Of a DNA stretch of 64,000 nucleotides, positions 60,096 to 64,000 are shown piece after piece. The notes below the pieces were generated by a model that made no database searches, was not told the DNA's origin, and saw only the letters and a list, made by a program, of their open reading frames with translations. The DNA comes from an uncultured Candidatus Binatia bacterium (GTDB lineage Bacteria > Desulfobacterota > Binatia > DP-6). A program made the translations under genes and the position numbers. The stretch is taken from the NCBI GenBank assembly GCA_964404165.1, contig CAYOIZ010000018.1, positions 20,164 to 84,163 on the forward strand, given 5' to 3'. How positions within the stretch are numbered: position 1 is the first letter of the stretch; every line of letters starts with the position of its first letter.

Positions 60096-60587
60096 CTACG
60101 GACAGTCCCCCATCGTGCACGCCGTGCTCTCCGAGTAGCCGCCGCAGCTCGGCGGCTCCTGGTTGACCTCGTCCTCGGTATAGGTTTCGACGCTCCCATC
60201 GGGACACGTGATGACGATGCCGCCCTCCGTCCCGGGGCGGATCGTCCACGTCTTCGCCTTGCGCTTGAAGACGAACGCGGCGTCGTCCTCGCTCTCGACG
60301 ACGATCGTCCCCCGCAGACACTTCCTGCCGCGAGCACCGCGGTATTCCACGGTGCCCCCCGCCTCGGTGGCCTCGATGCTGATCGTCGCACCGTTCTCCC
60401 AGCACTGCAGCGTCGACACGCCGGTCGGGCTGAAGACGAGCTCGCCGACGCAGGCCCCCTTCGGCTTGAAGCATTTGTACAGCTTCTTCGCGCAGCTCGT
60501 CGCGAGGGGGCCGGTGCAGGCGGGCTTCGCCTCGGCGCGCGGGCTGGCGAGCAGGAGGGCAGTCACGATGGCAAGAGCGACGCGCAT
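60096..60587 (-). CDS. secreted cysteine-rich hypothetical protein
   Basis: Signal peptide MRVALAIVTALLLASPRAEA. Mature part contains 13 Cys residues (CTGPLATSCAKKLYKC ... CTMGDCP). No family recognised. Confidence 0.5.
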   Translation of the reverse strand: MRVALAIVTALLLASPRAEAKPACTGPLATSCAKKLYKCFKPKGACVGELVFSPTGVSTLQCWENGATISIEATEAGGTVEYRGARGRKCLRGTIVVESEDDAAFVFKRKAKTWTIRPGTEGGIVITCPDGSVETYTEDEVNQEPPSCGGYSESTACTMGDCP

Positions 60588-60711
60588 GTCGCGATACGGA
60601 GCAAGGAGCATACCGGCCTGCGAAGACGCAGCGTCGTGAGTTGATTCCGACCGGCGACACTCGGGGCCGGTCGTATTCCCGTCCGCCAGAGCGTCGTGCA
60701 GCCGACCCGCC

Positions 60712-61638
60712 TCACCTCACCGGGCGCGGAGGCTCGGGCGTGAGGAACGCCTCGACCTCGCGAACGACGGCGTCGGGCGTGTCGCGCAGCGGGAAGTGAC
60801 TCCCGTTGGGCAGCGGCACGATGCGCACACCGCGGATCGCCGGCGCCGCGCGCTGCATCGTCTCGAAGGAGACCGACGCGTCCGCCGTTCCGTGGAGGAC
60901 GAGCGTCGGGGAGGTGATCGTCGCGTAGGCGGCGCCGAGCTCCGCCCGCTTGCCGCGGTCACGCACGTAGCGCAGCCAGGCTCCGCGCGTACCCGGAATG
61001 GCCGCGAACGCTCGCGATCGGGCACGGTACGCGTCCGAGGAGCCCGGCGGACTGGGATCCGCCGTGAGCCCGAGCGCCAGCTCGCCCACGACCGGCATGC
61101 GCAGTGCCTTGAACACCAGGGGTATCTCCCCCTCCTCCTGCGGATACAGCGCGTCGACGAGCACGAGCCGATCGACCCGATCGGGATGACGGGCGGCGAA
61201 CACCGCGGCGACGGCGCCCCCCATCGAGTGACCCACGATCGAGACACGCGCCAACCCCAGGGCGTCGAGCACCCCGACGAGCTGATCGGACCACAGCGTC
61301 CAGCCGTAGGCGAAGTCGTCGCCGCGGTCGCTCCAGCCGAAACCGTAGAGATCGACCGCGACCGCCCGGTGTGACCGGGCAAGGGCCGCCAGCGCGTGGT
61401 CCTCGAAATCGAAGGTGCTGGCACCGAACCCGTGCACCAGGAGCACCGGCGAGCCCTCACCCTGCTCGACGACGTGCACGCGATGGCCCGCAACGTCGAT
61501 CATCCGGCCCGGGACGTCGCGAGGGAGCGCGTCGCTCCCGCCTGGCTCACGAAGCGCGATCGCGAGCGGCCCGACCACGACGGCCAGGACCGCCAACACG
61601 ACCGCGGCCAGCGCCATGAGGCGAACGGCGCGCGACAC
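60712..61638 (-). CDS. alpha/beta hydrolase with N-terminal membrane anchor/signal
   Basis: N-terminal hydrophobic segment. VLLVHGFGASTFDFE, GHSMGG nucleophile elbow, C-terminal GSHFP His. Confidence 0.75.
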   Translation of the reverse strand: MSRAVRLMALAAVVLAVLAVVVGPLAIALREPGGSDALPRDVPGRMIDVAGHRVHVVEQGEGSPVLLVHGFGASTFDFEDHALAALARSHRAVAVDLYGFGWSDRGDDFAYGWTLWSDQLVGVLDALGLARVSIVGHSMGGAVAAVFAARHPDRVDRLVLVDALYPQEEGEIPLVFKALRMPVVGELALGLTADPSPPGSSDAYRARSRAFAAIPGTRGAWLRYVRDRGKRAELGAAYATITSPTLVLHGTADASVSFETMQRAAPAIRGVRIVPLPNGSHFPLRDTPDAVVREVEAFLTPEPPRPVR

Positions 61639-61879
61639 CTAGGTCCCGATCATGAATGGCGGGGTATGACCCGCTCCGCCGCACGATGACCAGGGCTCAT
61701 GGTCCGCCCATATCAGACGGCGCGCGGCCGCGACCAGGCACGGAGGTCCGTCGACGCACCACGGCGTCGACGACGCGACCCCACTGGTCGTCGCCTGCTG
61801 CTCATCGATTGATACCTGATCGTTCGAATCGAGCATTTTCTTCCTTGCGATCAGCACCTGCGTGAGGCACGTTGCCGGC

Positions 61880-63238
61880 ATGCTCCTCCGCGCCACCATC
61901 ACCGCGACATTCGCCCTGGGCCTCCTCCTCGACACCGGCAACGCCTTCGGGCTCACGATCCTGACGCACGAGCGGACGCTCACGCTGAACGGCCGGCGAG
62001 CACCCGAGCAGTGGCGCGGCGTCCTGCGCGTGGGCGCAGATCCCGCGCTCGCCGACGCTCCGTCGCCGGAATGCCCCACGGCCACCACCTTCGAGCTCGG
62101 CCTCTTCACGGTGGCGACGAACGGCGTCGAGCGACACCCCGCCGTGAAGCTCGACTGCAGCCTGTGGAAGCGCACGAAGCGTGGTTGGATCTATGCCGAT
62201 CCCGCCCTGCCCGGCGGCATTCAGCGGATCGTCTACGGTCCTCGGGGCCTGGTCGTGAAGCTCACCGGACCGGGGGTGATGCCGGCTGCAGGCCCGGTCG
62301 GCTACGCGCAGGTCTGGCTCGGCGTCGGTACGGCGCGCTTCCACGTGCGCTTCCACGAGTTCAGCAGGAACCGCCCCGATCTCATCGTGAGTCGGAAGAC
62401 GTCGGCGCGTGGCGCGGCGACCGAAGCGGCGTTCTGGGCACACCTCTGGGGAGACGAGACCGGCGAGGCGGACGAGGCGGCCACGATCGCCGAGCTGCGC
62501 AAGCTGGCGCAGCGCACGAAGACCGACGGCCGGTCGCGTTTCCTGCTCGGCATGCTGCACATGTATCGCTTCGGGCGCCTGACGCCGCAGATCGCTGCGG
62601 CGGGCCCCGCGGCCCGCGAGGAGCTCGTCGCCTCCGTGGCGGCGCTCGACGAGGCCGAGCCCCTCCTCTGGAATCGCGACACCCGCACCGGCGACTCCCG
62701 GATTCCGGGATTCGCCGCGGCGGCCCGGTACGCGCTCGGCGTCGTCGACCGCAACGACGCGCTCCTCGAGCAGGCACGGAACGATCTCGCCTACGCGATC
62801 GAGATCAACGCCTTCTTCAACGTCTTCGACCTCATGACGATCGTGCAGGCCGAGCCGCCCACCAGCCCGGCGTTCATCGAAGCCTTCAACGCCATGGACG
62901 CCTACCTCTCGAACCCCGAGACGCTCCTGTGCGCCGGCACCCAGCCGGAGGTCTGCGGCAACTCGGGGCTCGCCCCGACCGCGCTCCAGGGGACCTTCAT
63001 CCTCTTCGGCGACTTCTATGCGAAGGCGGGCCATGCCGATGCCGCCCGGCAGTGGTACGAATTCGGCGCACCGTTCGAATCCGGATGGCGCTTCGCCGGG
63101 CTGTACGCCGACCGGCTGGCGACGCTCGACGCACGCATCGCCGCGTACCAGGACGACGATCCGACGAACGACCCGCCCATCGTCGGCTCCGGCGCTCAGG
63201 CCTGCGCCTCGTGCCACAATCGCAGCGGAGGCAGCTGA
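61880..63238 (+). CDS. secreted hypothetical protein
   Basis: Signal peptide MLLRATITATFALGLLLDTGNAFG. 452-aa non-repetitive protein ending in the Cys motif QACASCHNR. An AT-richer promoter-like region lies upstream (61800-61870). Confidence 0.55.
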   Translation: MLLRATITATFALGLLLDTGNAFGLTILTHERTLTLNGRRAPEQWRGVLRVGADPALADAPSPECPTATTFELGLFTVATNGVERHPAVKLDCSLWKRTKRGWIYADPALPGGIQRIVYGPRGLVVKLTGPGVMPAAGPVGYAQVWLGVGTARFHVRFHEFSRNRPDLIVSRKTSARGAATEAAFWAHLWGDETGEADEAATIAELRKLAQRTKTDGRSRFLLGMLHMYRFGRLTPQIAAAGPAAREELVASVAALDEAEPLLWNRDTRTGDSRIPGFAAAARYALGVVDRNDALLEQARNDLAYAIEINAFFNVFDLMTIVQAEPPTSPAFIEAFNAMDAYLSNPETLLCAGTQPEVCGNSGLAPTALQGTFILFGDFYAKAGHADAARQWYEFGAPFESGWRFAGLYADRLATLDARIAAYQDDDPTNDPPIVGSGAQACASCHNRSGGS

Positions 63239-63261
63239 GCGGCGGTCGTCGTCCCGCCCGG

Positions 63262-63918
63262 TCAGGGCGCCGGCAACAAACCGGCTTCGCGCGCGCGCCG
63301 CAGCAGGCTGGTCACGTTCCGCACCCCGAGCTTCGCCATCATGTGCTTGCGGTGCGTGTGCACCGTTCCCACCGCGAGCCCGAGCATGCCGGATATCTGC
63401 CGATCGGTGTTCCCGCTGGCGATCAGCGCCAGCACCTCCTGCTCGCGCTGCGTGAGCTGGCGTCCGACGGGGGGCGTCGCCTGGCTGCTGCTGGGCCCCT
63501 CGATCAGCACCCGCGCCACGAAGGGGCAGAGGTACGTCCGGCCGACGCGCGCCGCCTCGATGCCGTCGAGCAGGTCCGACACCGCCGCCTCGGTCGACAC
63601 GCACGCGCTGACGCCGGCGTCGAACGCCCCCGCCACCAGCTCGCGCGCATAGTGACGTCGCAGGCCCACGACCCGCGGACCACCCGGTGTCCCGACGATC
63701 TCGCGCACCAGTGCCAGGGCCCCGTCGGTCGACGGCGGCAGATCGACGATCACCACCGCCGGCTGGCTGGCGATCAGCGAGGACACGGCACCTTCCGTCA
63801 TCCCCACGGCGCCCACCATCTGCACGGCGTCGAGCGTCGCAATCAGCGCCGCCAATCCCTCCCGCTCGATGGGGCTCGAGTGCAGGATGGCAACGCGCGT
63901 TCGGTCGGACCCAGGCAA
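63262..63918 (-). CDS. LuxR/NarL-family response regulator (REC + HTH_LuxR)
   Basis: Receiver domain with VVIVDL acid pocket. C-terminal LTQREQEVLALIASGNTDRQISGMLGLAVGTVHTHRKHMMAKLGV LuxR-type HTH. Confidence 0.8.
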   Translation of the reverse strand: MPGSDRTRVAILHSSPIEREGLAALIATLDAVQMVGAVGMTEGAVSSLIASQPAVVIVDLPPSTDGALALVREIVGTPGGPRVVGLRRHYARELVAGAFDAGVSACVSTEAAVSDLLDGIEAARVGRTYLCPFVARVLIEGPSSSQATPPVGRQLTQREQEVLALIASGNTDRQISGMLGLAVGTVHTHRKHMMAKLGVRNVTSLLRRAREAGLLPAP

Positions 63919-64000
63919 CGGCGCCAGTTAAGCCGACTCTCAGGCGCGGGCAAGACCCAAAATGCGTGATGCCGCGCCGTCGCGTTCGGGGACCGACGCC

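Overview
This 64 kb window has about 72% GC and is almost fully coding. The coding region is dense, has no obvious large non-coding gaps, and looks like chromosomal DNA from a high-GC proteobacterium. A Myxococcota origin is my inference, based on a ClpS-ClpA pair, Myxococcus-type cysteine-rich repeats, HAF repeats and large secreted beta-propeller proteins. I found no rRNA, tRNA, CRISPR array, transposase or integrase.

I used the six-frame track but re-derived most start codons from conserved protein N-termini. Many long ORFs in the track are antisense or read-through artefacts of the GC-rich sequence and I discarded them. I call about 55 genes.

- Housekeeping genes: purK, purE, maf, nadE, infA, gluQ, clpS, clpA, a beta-carbonic anhydrase and an NfeD/SPFH/HugZ-like cluster.
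- Metabolic enzymes: an amidase, an acyl-CoA ligase cut by the window start, a family III CoA-transferase, two SCPx-type thiolases (one paired with a DUF35 protein and a ROK kinase), several SDRs, a 3-hydroxyisobutyrate-dehydrogenase-like enzyme, a quinone oxidoreductase, a Tat-dependent two-subunit GMC dehydrogenase, an epoxide-hydrolase-like enzyme paired with an NTF2-like protein, a D-2-hydroxyacid dehydrogenase and a signal-peptide-bearing GH84 (O-GlcNAcase-like) hexosaminidase next to an O-methyltransferase.
- Regulators: a GAF histidine kinase and a LuxR-type response regulator.

The two most unusual loci:
1. A minus-strand cassette (30197-37102). An F420/LLM-family oxidoreductase, a FemAB-like DUF482 acyltransferase and a 1617-aa GT4-GT2-GT4 triple glycosyltransferase are linked by GTGA start/stop overlaps. 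The glycosyltransferase contains two copies of an unannotated non-catalytic module.
2. A cluster of large secreted proteins (41072-51886). It holds a 1264-aa HAF-repeat/TSP3 protein, a Sec-signal RTX calcium-binding protein and a 1660-aa seven-bladed PD40-propeller/Myxococcus-Cys-repeat/TSP3 protein. These surround a low-GC3 islet. The islet carries a small tail-anchored gene preceded by a 24-codon signal-peptide-like mini-ORF and an AT-rich tandem direct repeat.

Translational coupling through GTG-in-TGA (GTGA) overlaps recurs at least six times across the window.
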